Below are positions 15,601-29,800 of a stretch of 64,000 nucleotides of DNA, in pieces. Under the pieces are notes generated by a model. The model was not told where the DNA came from. It saw only the letters and a list, made by a program, of their open reading frames with translations, and made no database searches. The position numbers were made by a program, and so were the translations under genes. Positions within the stretch are counted from its first letter, which is position 1, and every line of letters begins with the position of its first letter. The stretch comes from the human T2T-CHM13v2.0 reference genome, Homo sapiens. The stretch is taken from NCBI RefSeq assembly GCF_009914755.1, contig NC_060940.1, one strand, 5' to 3'.

Positions 15601-18600
15601 TGATGATGATTCCATTCGATTCCATTCAATGATTCCATTCCATTCCATTCGATGATGATTCCATTCGATAATGATTACATTCGAGCCCATGTGATGATTC
15701 CATTAGATTCTATTCAATGATGATTCCATTCGACCACATTCGATGATGGCATTCGAGTCCATTCGATGATTTCACTCGATTCCACTTGATGATGATTCCT
15801 TTTGAGTCCATTTGATGATTACATTCGAGTCCATGAGATGACTCCATTCGATTCCATTTCATGATGATGCAATTCGAGGCTATTCGATCATCCCATTTTA
15901 GTGCATTCGGTGATTCTCTTTTATTACATTCGATGAGGGCTCCATTCGAGTCCATTCAATGATTCCATTAGATTCCACTCGATGATGATTCCATTTGAGT
16001 CCATTCAAAGATTCCTTTCGAGTCCATTCGATAATTCTATTGGATTCCACTAGGTGATGATTCCTTTCGAGTCAATTCGATGATTCCTTTCAAGTGCCTT
16101 CAATGATTCCATTCGATTCCATTCGATGACGATTCATTTCAAGTCCATTCAATGGTTCCATTCTGTTGAATTTGATGGTTCCATTGGATTCCATTCGATG
16201 ATGATTCCATTCGTGTCCATTGGATGATTCCATTCGATTCCTTTCGAGGAAGATTCCATTCGACTCCATTCGATGATTCCGTTCGATTCCATTCCATGAT
16301 GATTCCATTTGATTCCATTCCATGATTCCATTCGATACCATTCGATGATGATTCCATTCGACTCCATTTGATGAATCCATTCAATGCTTCCATTCGAGTC
16401 CATTCGATGATTCCATTCGATTCCATTCCATGAAGATTCCATTCGAGTACATTTGATGATTCCATTTAATTCCATAGGATGATGATTCTATTAGGGTCCG
16501 TTGACTATTCCATTCAATTCCATTCGAAGATTCCATTCGAGTCCACTCGATGATTCTATTTGATTCCATTTGATAATTCCATTCGATTCCATTTGATGTT
16601 GATTCCATTCGAGTCCATTCGATCATTATTACATTTGATTCTATTCGATGATTCCATTCGATTCCATTTGATGAGGATTCCATTCGAGACCATTTGATGA
16701 TTCCATTCAATTCCATTGGATGATTCCAATATTTTCCATTAGATGATGATTCCATTCGATTCCATTCAATGATGATTCCATCAGAATCCATTCGATGATG
16801 ACTCCTTTTGCTTCCATTCAATGATCATTACATTCGGTTCCATTCGATGATGATTCCTTTGGATTCCATTCGATGATGCTTCCATTCGATTCCATTTGAT
16901 GATGATTCTTTTCGATTCCATTTGATGATGATTCCATTTGATTCCATTCGATGGTGATTCCATTTGATGATTCCATTCGATTGTATTCGATGATGATTCC
17001 ACTCGATTCTATTTGATGATGACTGCATTCGATTCCATTTGATGATTCCATTTGATTCCATTCGATGATGATTCTGATCAATTGCATTCGATGATCCATT
17101 CGATTCCATTTGATGGTTCCATTTGATTCCATTTGATAATGATTCCTTTCGAGTCCATTCGATGATTCCATTTGCGGATATTCGATAATTCCATTTGAGT
17201 CCAACCGATGATTCCATTCGAGGCCATTCAATCATTCTTTTTGAGTCCTTTCGATAAAGATTCCATTTTAGTCCATTCAATAATTCCACTGGAGTCCATT
17301 CGATGATTGCTTTTAATTCCATTCGATGATATTCCATTCGAGTCCATTCGATGATTCCATTCGTTGCTATTAGATGATGATTCCATTCATGACCATTTGG
17401 TGATTCCATTCGATTTCATTCGTTGATGATTCCATTCGAGTCCATTCCATGATTCCATTCAAGTCCATTTGATGATTTCTTTGAATTCAATTCGATGATG
17501 ATTCCATTCGAGTCCATTCGATGATTCCATTCAGTTCCATTCGATGATGATTCCTTTCGAGACCATATGATGATTCCATTTGATTTCATTCGATGATGAT
17601 TCCATTCGATTCCATTCGATGATTCCATTCTATTCCATTCGATGATGATTCCATTCGAGTCCATTTAATGATTCCATTGGGTTCAATTCAATGATGATTA
17701 CATTGGATTCTCTTCTATGATACCATTCAATTCCGTTCATTGACAATTTGATTCCATTCGATGATGATTCCATTTGAGTTCATTCGATGATTCTATTCGA
17801 TTCTCTTCGATGGTGATTCAATTCTATTATATTGGATGATTCCATTCGATTCCATTTGATGTTGATTCAATTCGATTCTATTCGATGATGATTCCATTGG
17901 ATTTCATTTGATGATTCTATTCGATTCCATTCAATGATGATTCACTTCTCGTCCATTGGATGATTCCATTTCATTCCATTCGATGATGATTCCATTCGAT
18001 TCCATTCGATGATTCCATTTGATTCCATTCGACGGTGAGCAATTCGATTCAATTCCATGATGATTCTATTTGATTCAGTTAGATGATGTTTCCATTCGAA
18101 TCCATTCCATGATTATTCCATTGGAATCCATTCGGCGATGATTCCATATGAGTCAATTCAATGATGCTTCCATATGGGTCAGTTCGATGATAATTCCATT
18201 TGATTTCATTCGATGCTTCTATTCAATTCCAGTCGATGATGATTCCGTTGGAGTCCATACGATGACTCCATTTGATTTCATTTGATGATGATTCCATTCG
18301 ATTCCATTCGATGACTCCATTCTGTTCCATTCGATGATGATTCCATTCGAGTCCATTCGATGATTCCATTCGAGTCCATTTCATGATTCCATTGGGTTCA
18401 ATTCGATGATGATTACACTGGATTCCATTCTATGATTCCATTCAATTCCATTCGTTGATGATTCGATTCCATTCAATGATGATTCCATTTGAGTTCATTC
18501 GATGATTCTATTCGATTCCGTTCGATGGTGATTCAATTCTATTATATTGGATGATTCCATACGATTCCATTTGATGATGATTCCATTCGATTCCATTCGA

Positions 18601-21600
18601 TGATGATTCCATTTGATTCCATTTGATGTTGATTCTATTCGATTCTATTCAATGATGATTCCATTCGATTTCATTTGATGATTCTATTCGATTCCTTTCG
18701 ATGATTCTATTCCATTCCATTCGATGATGATTCAATTCTCTTCCATTGGATGATTCCATTTTATTCCATTCGACGATGACTCCATTTGATTCCATTCAAT
18801 GATGATTCCATTCGATTCCATTCGGTGATTCCATTTGATTCCATTCGACGGTGAGCAATTTGATTCAATTCCATAATGATTCTATTTGATTCAATTAGAT
18901 GATGTTTCCATTCGAATCCATTCGGTGATGATTCCATTGGTATCCATTCGACGATGATTCCATATGAGTCAATTCGATGATGATTCCATACGAGTCCGTT
19001 GGATGATAATTCCATTTGATTTCATTCAATCCTTCTATTCGATTCCATTTGATGATGATTCCATCTGAATCCATTCTCCGATTCCATTCGATTTCATTCG
19101 ATGCTTCTATTTGATTTCATTCGAAGATGATTCCTTTCAATTCCGTTCATTAATTCCATTTGATTCCATTCGATGATGATTCCATCCGATTCCATTGGAT
19201 GATGATTCCATTCGAGTCCATTCGATGATTCCGTTCTAATCCATTCTATGATTCCATTCGAGTCCATTCGATGATTCCATTCGATTCCATTCAGTGATGA
19301 TTCCATTTGATTCCATCTGATGATGATTTCATTTGATTCCATTCGATGATGATTCCATTGGAGTCCATTGAATGATTCAATTCAATTCCATTCCATGTGG
19401 ATTCCATTCGAATTCATTCGATTATTCCATTCAAATCCCTTCGTTGATTCCATCTGATTCCACTTGACGATGATTCCATTCAAGTCCAATCGATGATTCC
19501 ATTCGGTTCCATTCAATGATTCCATTCGAGTCCATTTATGTATTATATTCGTGTCCACTTGAAGACTCACTCCATTCAATTCCATTTAATGATGATTCCA
19601 TTTGATTCCATTTGATGATTCAGTTCGATTCCTTACAATGATTCCCTACGATTCCTTTCTATGATGATTCCATTCGATTCCATTCATTGATGATTCCATT
19701 CGACTCCATTCAATGATGATTCCTTTCGATTCCATTTGACGATGTTTCCATTTGAGTCCATTCGATGATGATTCCATTGGTATCCATTCGACGATGATTC
19801 CATATGAGTCAATTCGATGATGATTCCATACGAGTCCGTTGGATGATAATTCCATTTGATTTCATTCAATCCTTCTATTCGATTCCATTTGATGATGATT
19901 CCATCTGAATCCATTCTCCGATTCCATTCGATTTCATTCGATGCTTCTATTTGATTTCATTCGAAGATGATTCCTTTCAATTCCGTTCATTAATTCCATT
20001 TGATTTCATTCGATGATGATTCCATTCGATTCCATTCGATGATTCCATTCTATTCCATTCGATGATGATTCCTTTCGAGTCCATTTAATGATTCCATTGG
20101 GTTCAATTCAATGATGATTACATTGGATTCTCTTCTATGATACCATTCAATTCCGTTCATTGACAATTTGATTCCATTCGATGATGATTCCATTTGAGTT
20201 CATTCGATGATTCTATTCGATTCTCTTCGATGGTGATTCAATTCTATTATATTGGATGATTCCATTCGATTCCATTTGATGTTGATTCAATTCGATTCTA
20301 TTCGATGATGATTCCATTGGATTTCATTTGATGATTCTATTCGATTCCATTCAATGATGATTCACTTCTCGTCCATTGGATGATTCCATTTCATTCCATT
20401 CGATGATGATTCCATTCGATTCCATTCGATGATTCCATTTGATTCCATTCGACGGTGAGCAATTCGATTCAATTCCATGATGATTCTATTTGATTCAGTT
20501 AGATGATGTTTCCATTCGAATCCATTCCATGATTATTCCATTGGAATCCATTCGGCGATGATTCCATATGAGTCAATTCAATGATGCTTCCATATGGGTC
20601 AGTTCGATGATAATTCCATTTGATTTCATTCGATGCTTCTATTCAATTCCAGTCGATGATGATTCCGTTGGAGTCCATACGATGACTCCATTTGATTTCA
20701 TTTGATGATGATTCCATTCGATTCCATTCGATGACTCCATTCTGTTCCATTCGATGATGATTCCATTCGAGTCCATTCGATGATTCCATTCGAGTCCATT
20801 TCATGATTCCATTGGGTTCAATTCGATGATGATTACACTGGATTCCATTCTATGATTCCATTCAATTCCATTCGTTGATGATTCGATTCCATTCAATGAT
20901 GATTCCATTTGAGTTCATTCGATGATTCTATTCGATTCCGTTCGATGGTGATTCAATTCTATTATATTGGATGATTCCATTCGATTCCATTTGATGATGA
21001 TTCCATTCGATTCCATTCGATGATGATTCCATTTGATTCCATTTGATGTTGATTCTATTCGATTCTATTCAATGATGATTCCATTCGATTTCATTTGATG
21101 ATTCTATTCGATTCCTTTCGATGATTCTATTCCATTCCATTCGATGATGATTCAATTCTCTTCCATTGGATGATTCCATTTTATTCCATTCGACGATGAC
21201 TCCATTTGATTCCATTCAATGATGATTCCATTCGATTCCATTCGGTGATTCCATTTGATTCCATTCGACGGTGAGCAATTTGATTCAATTCCATAATGAT
21301 TCTATTTGATTCAATTAGATGATGTTTCCATTCGAATCCATTCGGTGATGATTCCATTGGTATCCATTCGACGATGATTCCATATGAGTCAATTCGATGA
21401 TGATTCCATACGAGTCCGTTGGATGATAATTCCATTTGATTTCATTCAATCCTTCTATTCGATTCCATTTGATGATGATTCCATCTGAATCCATTCTCCG
21501 ATTCCATTCGATTTCATTCGATGCTTCTATTTGATTTCATTCGAAGATGATTCCTTTCAATTCCGTTCATTAATTCCATTTGATTCCATTCGATGATGAT

Positions 21601-24600
21601 TCCATCCGATTCCATTGGATGATGATTCCATTCGAGTCCATTCGATGATTCCGTTCTAATCCATTCTATGATTCCATTCGAGTCCATTCGATGATTCCAT
21701 TCGATTCCATTCAGTGATGATTCCATTTGATTCCATCGGATGATGATTTCATTTGATTCCATTCGATGATGATTCCATTGGAGTCCATTGAATGATTCAA
21801 TTCAATTCCATTCCATGTGGATTCCATTCGAATTCATTCGATTATTCCATTCAAATCCCTTCGTTGATTCCATCTGATTCCACTTGACGATGATTCCATT
21901 CAAGTCCAATCGATGATTCCATTCGGTTCCATTCAATGATTCCATTCGAGTCCATTTATGTATTATATTCGTGTCCACTTGATGACTCACTCCATTCAAT
22001 TCCATTTAATGATGATTCCATTTGATTCCATTTGATGATTCAGTTCGATTCCTTACAATGATTCCCTACGATTCCTTTCTATGATGATTCCATTCGATTC
22101 CATTCATTGATGATTCCATTCGACTCCATTCGATGATGATTCCTTTCGATTCCATTTGACGATGTTTCCATTTGAGTCCATTCGATGATGATTCAATTCA
22201 GTTCTGTTCTATTATGAATCCATTCGATTTCATTCAATGCTTCTATTTGATTCCATTCGACGATGATTCCATCTCTTTCCCTTCGATGTTTCCATTTGAT
22301 TCCATTCAGTGATGATTCCATTTGATTCCATCTGATGATGATTTCACTTGATTCATTTCAATGATGATTCCATTCAAGTCCATTCGATGATTCCATTGGA
22401 GTCCAAACGATCATTCCATTCGATTCCATTCAATGATGATTCCATTCATGTCCATTCAATGAATCCTTTCAATTCCATTCGATGATGACTCCATTCGAGT
22501 ACATTCGATGATTCCATTTGATTCCATTTGATGATGATTACATTCAATTCCATTCGAAGATGATTCCATTCAATTCCACTTGATGATGATTCCGTATGAA
22601 TCCATTCGCTGATTATTCCATTCGATTCCATTCATTGACGATTCCATTCGATTCCATTCAATGATGATTCTCTTCTATTCCATTCGATGATTCCGGTCGA
22701 TTCCATTCGATGATGATTCCATTAGATTCCATTCGATTGTTGCATTCGATTCCCTTCGATGATGATTCCTTTGAATTCCATTCGATTATCATTCCGTATG
22801 AATCCATTTGATGATTATTCCATTGGATTCCTTTCGATGATGATTCCATTCGATTCCATTTGATGATGTTTCTCATGTATTCCATTTGATAATTCCTTTC
22901 AATTCCCTTCGATGATGATTCTTTCGAGTCAATTCGATGATTCTATTCCATTCCCTTCGATGATGATTCCATTTCACTCCATTCGATGATTCCATTCGAT
23001 TCAATTTGGTGATGATTCAATTCGATGACATTCGATGACTCCATTCAATTTCATTTGATGATGATTACATTCGAGTCCATTTGATGATTGTATTCCTTTC
23101 CTTTTGATGATTATTCCATTCGTGTCTATTCAAAGATTCCATTCTATTCCATTCAATGATGATTCCAATTGATTCCATTCAATGATTATGGCTATCGATT
23201 CCACTCGTTGATTCCATTTGATTCCATTCGATGATTATTCCGTTAGATTCCATTAGGAGATTCCATTCGATTTTATTCAATGATTCCAATTGATTCCATT
23301 CAATGATGATTCCATTCGACTCCATTCAGTGATTCCATTTGAGTCCATTTGATGATTCCATTCGAGTCCATTTGGTGATTCCATTCTTTTCCATTTGATG
23401 ATGATTCCATTAGGGTCCATTCAATGATTCCATTCGAGTCCATTCGTTAATGCCTTTCGAGTCCTTTTGATCACTACATTCGAGTCCATTCAATGATTCT
23501 ATTCGATTCCATTCCATGATGATTCCATTCGAGTTCATTCGATGATTGCATTCGAGTCCATTTGATGATTCCATAAGATTCCATTCGACAATGATTCCAT
23601 TCGTGTCCATTTGATGATTCCATTCATTTCCTATCGATGAAGATTCCATTCGAGTGTATTCGATGATTCCATTCAAATCCATTCGATGATGATTCCATTC
23701 CAGTCCATTCGATCATTCCACTTGATTCCATTTGATGACTATTCCATTCAAATCCATTTGATGATTCCATTCGATTCCATTCGATGTTACCATTCCAGTA
23801 TATACGATGATTCCACTCGATTCCATTTGATGATTATTCCATTGGAGTCGACTTAGTGAATCCTTTAGATTCTACTCGAAGATGATTCCATTCGAGTCCA
23901 TTCGATGAAACCATTCAATTCCATTCGTTGATGCTTCCATTCAAGTGCATTCGATGATATCATTCGATTCCATTTGATGATAATTCCATTTGATTCCATG
24001 TGATGATTCTATTCCATTCCATTCAATGATAATTCCATTCAATTCAGTGATTCCTCTGGACTCCATTTGATGATGATTCCATTCAATGATTCCATTCGAT
24101 TCTATTCGAAAATGATTCCATTTGAATCCATTTGATGATGATTCCATTCGATTCCATTTGATGATTCCATTCGATTCCATTCGACGATGATTCCATTCGA
24201 TTCCATTTGATGATTCCATTCTATTCTATTCGATGATGATTCCATTCGATTCCATTCGATGATGATTGGATTCGATTCCATTTGATGATTTCATTTGATT
24301 CCATTCGATGATGATTTCGATCAATTCCATTCGATGATTCCATTCGATTCCATTTGATAATGATTACATCCGAGTCCATTCGATGATTCCATTTGAGCCC
24401 GTTCGATAATTCCATTTGAGTCCAATCAATGATTCCATTCATTTCCATTCAATGATTCCATTCGAGTCCATTTGATCATTCCGGTAGGGTCCGTTCGATG
24501 TTGATTCCATTGGAGTGCATTCGATGATTCCATTCGAGTCCATTTTAGGATTTGATTCGAGTCCTTTCGATGATTCCATTCGATTCCACTCTATGCGTTG

Positions 24601-26869
24601 ATGATTTCATTCGAGTCCATTCGACACTTCCAATCGATTCCATTTGATGTTTCCATTCGAGTCCAATTGATGATTCCATTCAATTCCATTCGATGATGAT
24701 TCCGTACGATTCCCTTCTGTGATGATTTCATGTGATTGCATTCAATGATGATTCCTTTCGATTGCATTCGATTATGATTCATTTCGTGTTCATTCTATGG
24801 TTCCACAGGTTTCACATCGTGTCCATTCCATTATTCCATTCTATTCCATTTGATGATGATTCCATTCGATTCCATTCATTGGTGATTCCACTCAATTCCA
24901 TTCAATGATTCCATTCCATTTCTTTCAAAAATGATTCCATTAGTTTCTAATCGATGATCCACTTGATTCCATTTGACGATGATTCCATTCTTGTCCATTC
25001 GATGATTCCATTTGATTCCATATGATGATGATTCCATTCGATTCCATACGATGATGATTCCATTCGAGTCCATTCAATGGTGATTCCATTCAATTCCATT
25101 CGATGATTCCTTTCGATTCCATTTGATGATGATGGCATTCGATTCCTTTCAATCATTCCCTTTGATTCCACTCAAAGGTGATTTCATTCAAGTCCATTCG
25201 ATAATTGCATTCGATTCCATTCTATGATGATTCCATTCGAGTCCATTTGATGATTCCATTCAATTCAAGTCAATGATGATTCCATTCGATTCCATTCGAT
25301 GATTCCATTGGATTCCATTCGATGATGATTCCATTCAAATCCATTCGATAATTCAATTCACGTCCATTCGATGATGATTCCAATCGAATCCATTCAAAGA
25401 TTCCATTCAATTCCATTCGATGATTCCCTTAGATTCCATTCGATGATTCCACTTGATTCCATTTACGATGATTCCATTCGATTCCATGTGATGATTCCAT
25501 TCAATTCTATTCAATGATGTTTCCATTTGATTCCATTCGACCATGATTGCCTTTGATTCCATTCAATGATTCCATTCGGTTCCGTTTGATGATGATTCCG
25601 TTCGATTCCATTTGATGATTCCATTTGATTCCATTGGATGAGTCCATTCGATTACATTCGATGATTATTCCATTCGAGTGCATTAGATGATTCCATTCGA
25701 GTCCATTCGATGATTCAATTCGAGTCCATTCGATGATTCCATTCGATTCCATTCGATGTTGATTCTGTTCAAATCCATTCGATGATTCCACTCGATTCCA
25801 TTCGATGACTCCATTTGATCCCATTCGATGATTTCCTTTGATTCCCTTTGATGATCATTCCATTTGATTCAATTCGGTGATTTCATTGGATTCCATTCAG
25901 TGATGTTTCCATTCGACTCCATTCGATGATGATTCCATTCGACTACAATCGATTATGATTTCATTCAATTCCATTCGATAAAGATTCCCTTCGAGTCCAA
26001 TCGATGATTCCATTCGATTCCATTCAACGATGATTTGATTCGTGTCCATTCGATGATTCCATTTGATTCCACTTGATGAGGATTCCATTCGAGTCCATTT
26101 GATGATTCCATTCAATTCCATTCTCCGATGATTTCTTTTGAGCCCATTCAATGCTTCCACTCGATTACATATGATGATGACTCCATTCGATGAAACTCGA
26201 TGATGATTCCATTCGCTTGCATTCGATGATGATTCCACTTGAGTCCGTTAGAAGATTCTATTCAATTACATTCCATGACGATTCCGTTCGAGTCCATTTG
26301 ATGATTCCATTACACTCCATTCGACGATGATTCCATTCAATGTTATTCGATGATTCCATTCGATCTCATTCGATGATGATTCCATTCAACTCCATTCGAT
26401 GTTTCCATTCGAGTTCATTCTATTATTCCATTAGATTCCATTCGATGATGATTCCATTCGATTCCATTTGATGATTGCATTCTATTTCATTTGATGATGA
26501 TTCCATTCGAGTCCATTCGATGATTCCATTCGAGTCCATTTAATGAATCCATTGGTTTCAATTCTATGATGATTATATTGGATTCCATTCGTTGATGATT
26601 TCATTCGATTCCATTCAATGATTCCATTCAATTCCATACGATGATGATTCCATTTGATTTGATTCGACAGTGAGCCATTCGATTCAATTCCATGATGATT
26701 CTATTTGATTCACTTGGTTGACATTTCCATTCGGTTCCATTCGATGATGATTCCATTTGATTCCATTCAAAGATGATTCCATTCTAGCCCATTCAATCAT
26801 TCCATTCGATTCTATTCAATGATGATTCCATTCATGTCGATTTGGTGATTCCATTTGACTTCATTTGAT
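12670..26869 (+). repeat. Long composite higher-order unit L2 (14,200 bp)
   Basis: Near-identical to L1. The ORF offset relative to L1 is 12646 up to about 19990, then 14226 (8220/22446, 9715/23941, 11671/25897), then 14200 (12661/26861). This corresponds to -23, +1580 and -26 bp changes. Confidence 0.92.
17573..22194 (+). repeat. Nested duplication in L2 with 2,420-bp offset (about 17573-19774 repeated at about 19993-22194)
   Basis: The lines at 17581 and 20001 onward match. ORF pairs 18761/21181, 19094/21514 and 19382/21802 are all offset by 2420. Confidence 0.9.
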
Positions 26870-29800
26870 GATGATTCCTTTCAAGTTCATTAGATGATTC
26901 CATTCGATTCCATTTGATGATGATCCCATTCGAGTCCATTCAGTGATTCCACTCGTTTCCATTCCATGATGATTCCATTCCATTCCATTCAATGATTCCA
27001 TTCGATTCCGTTTGATGATGATTTCATTCGAGTCCATTTGATGATTCCATTTGATTCCATTCGATGATGATTCCATTCGAGTCCATTCGATGATTCTATT
27101 CGAATCCATTTGATGATTTCTTTTGATTATATTTGGTGATGATTCCATTGGAGTCCATTCAATGATTCCATTCGATTCCAATCGATGGTGGTTCCATTAG
27201 AGTCCATTTAATGATTCCATTTGATTCCAGTCTCTGATGTTTACATTCGAGTCCATACGATGATTCCACTCAATTCCATATGATGATGATTCCATTCGAT
27301 TCCATTCGATGATTCCATTCTATTCTATTCAATGGTGATTCCATTCGAGTACATTAGATGATTCCATTCGATTCCATTCAATGATGATTCTACTTGTGTC
27401 CTTTAGATGATTCCACATGATTCCATTAGATGATGATACTATTTGAGCCCATCCAATGATTCCCTTCGATTCCATTCGATGAGGATTCCATTCGATTCAA
27501 TTCATTGGTGATTCTATTCAATTCAATTCTTTGATTCAATTCCATTCCATTCGACAATGATTCCATTCGATTTCTTTCGATGATTCCACTCAATTTCACT
27601 TGACATTGATTCCATTCGATTCCATTCAATGATTCCATTTGATTCCAGTGGATGATGATTGCCGTCGATTCCATTCGATCACTCCATTCTGTTCCATTTG
27701 ATGATGATTACATTCGATTCCATTTGATGATTCCATCTGATTCTATTCGAGGATTCCATTTGATTCCATTCGATGATGATTCCATTCGAGTCCATTCGAT
27801 GATTTCATTCGAGTACATCCAATGATTCCATTCGAGTCCATTTGATGATTCCATTTCATTCCATTTGATTATGATTCTACCAGAGTCCATTCAATGACTC
27901 CATTCGAGTCCATTCAACAGTTCCATCCGAGTCCATTCGGTGATTCCATTCGTTTCCATTTGATGATTCCATTCGAGTCCATTTAATCATTACAGTCGAG
28001 TCCATTTGGTGATTCCACTGGATTTCTTTTGATAATGATACCATTCAATTACATTTGATGATGATCCCATTCAATTTCATTTGATGATGATTCCATTAGA
28101 GTCCATTCCATGATTTCATTCGAGTCCCTTCATTGATTCCATCCGATTTCATTTCATGATGACTCCATTCGAGTCCATTCGATGATTCCACTCGATTCCT
28201 TTAGATGATTCCATTGGAGTCCATTTGATTGTTCCATTCGATTCCATTCGATTCCTTTCGAAGATTATTCCATTTGAGTCCATTCGATGATGATTCCATT
28301 CCATTCCATTCGATGATTCCGTTTGATTCCATTCGATGATTCCCTGTGATTCCTTTCTATGATGATTCCATTCCATTCCATTCAATGATTCCATTCGAAT
28401 CTATTCCATGATGATTCCTTTCGATTCCATTCGCTGATGTTTCCGTTCAATTCCATTCGATGATGATTCCATTCGATTCCATTCATTGAGGATTCCATTG
28501 GATTCCATTCAATGATGATTCCGTTCTATTCCATTCAATGATTGCATTCAATTCCATTCAATGATTATCCCCTTAGAGTAAACTCAACGATTCCATTCAA
28601 TACCATTCGATGATGATTCCTTTTGAGTCCATTCAATGATTTCATTCAAGTCCATTTGATGATTCCTTTCAATTCCATTCTATGATGATTCCATTCGAGT
28701 CCATTCGATGATTCCATTCGATTGCATTCGATGATTCCATTATATTCCATTCATTGATGATTCCATTCGAGTCCATTCGATGTTTCCACTAGAGTACATT
28801 TATTGATTGCTTTGTTTTCAATTCGAAGATGATTACATTGGATTCCATTCTATGATACCATTTGATTCCATTCAATGATGATTCCACTCAAATCCATTGG
28901 ATGATTCCATTCGTGTCCATTCGGTGATTTCATTAGATTCCATTCGAGGATGATTCCATTCGATTCCATTCGAAGATTCCATTCAATTCCATTCGATGAT
29001 GATTCCATTCCAGTCCATATGATCATTCCATTTGATTTCATTCGATGATGATTCCATTCGATTCCATTCGATGATTCCATTCTATTCCATTCGATGATGA
29101 TTGCATTCGAGTCCATTCGATGATTGCATTCGAGTCCATTTAATGATTCCATTGGGTTCAATTCAATGATGATTACATTGGATTCCGTTCTATGATTCCA
29201 TTCAATTCCGTTCATTGACAATTTGATTCCATTCGATGATGATTCCATTTGAGTTCATTCGATGATTCTATTCGATTCTCTTCGATGGTGATTCAATTCT
29301 ATTATATTGGATGATTCCATTCGATTCCATTTGATGTTGATTCAATTCGATTCTATTCGATGATGATTCCATTGGATTTCACTTGATGATTCTATTCGAT
29401 TCCATTCAATGATGATTCACTTCTCGTCCATTGGATGATTCCATTTCATTCCATTCGATGATGATTCCATTCGATTCCATTCGATGATTCCATTTGATTC
29501 CATTCGACGGTGAGCAATTCGATTCAATTCCATGATGATTCTATTTGATTCAATTAGATGATGTTTCCATTCGAATCCATTCCATGATTATTCCACTGGA
29601 ATCCATTCGGCGATGATTCCATATGAGTCAATTCAATGATGATTCCATATGGGTCCGTTCGATGATAATTCCATTTGATTTCATTCGATGCTTCTATTCT
29701 ATTCCAGTCGATGATGATTCCGTTGGAGTCCATACGATGATTCCATTTGATTTCATTTGATGATGATTCCATTCGATGATGATTACATTGGATTCCATTC

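Noticed and set aside
1-26869. Long units as simple dimers of the 6.1-kb unit
   Set aside because: Landmarks such as CCGGTAGGG and GAGCCCATCC occur only once per long unit, and the extra ~6.5 kb is different sequence.
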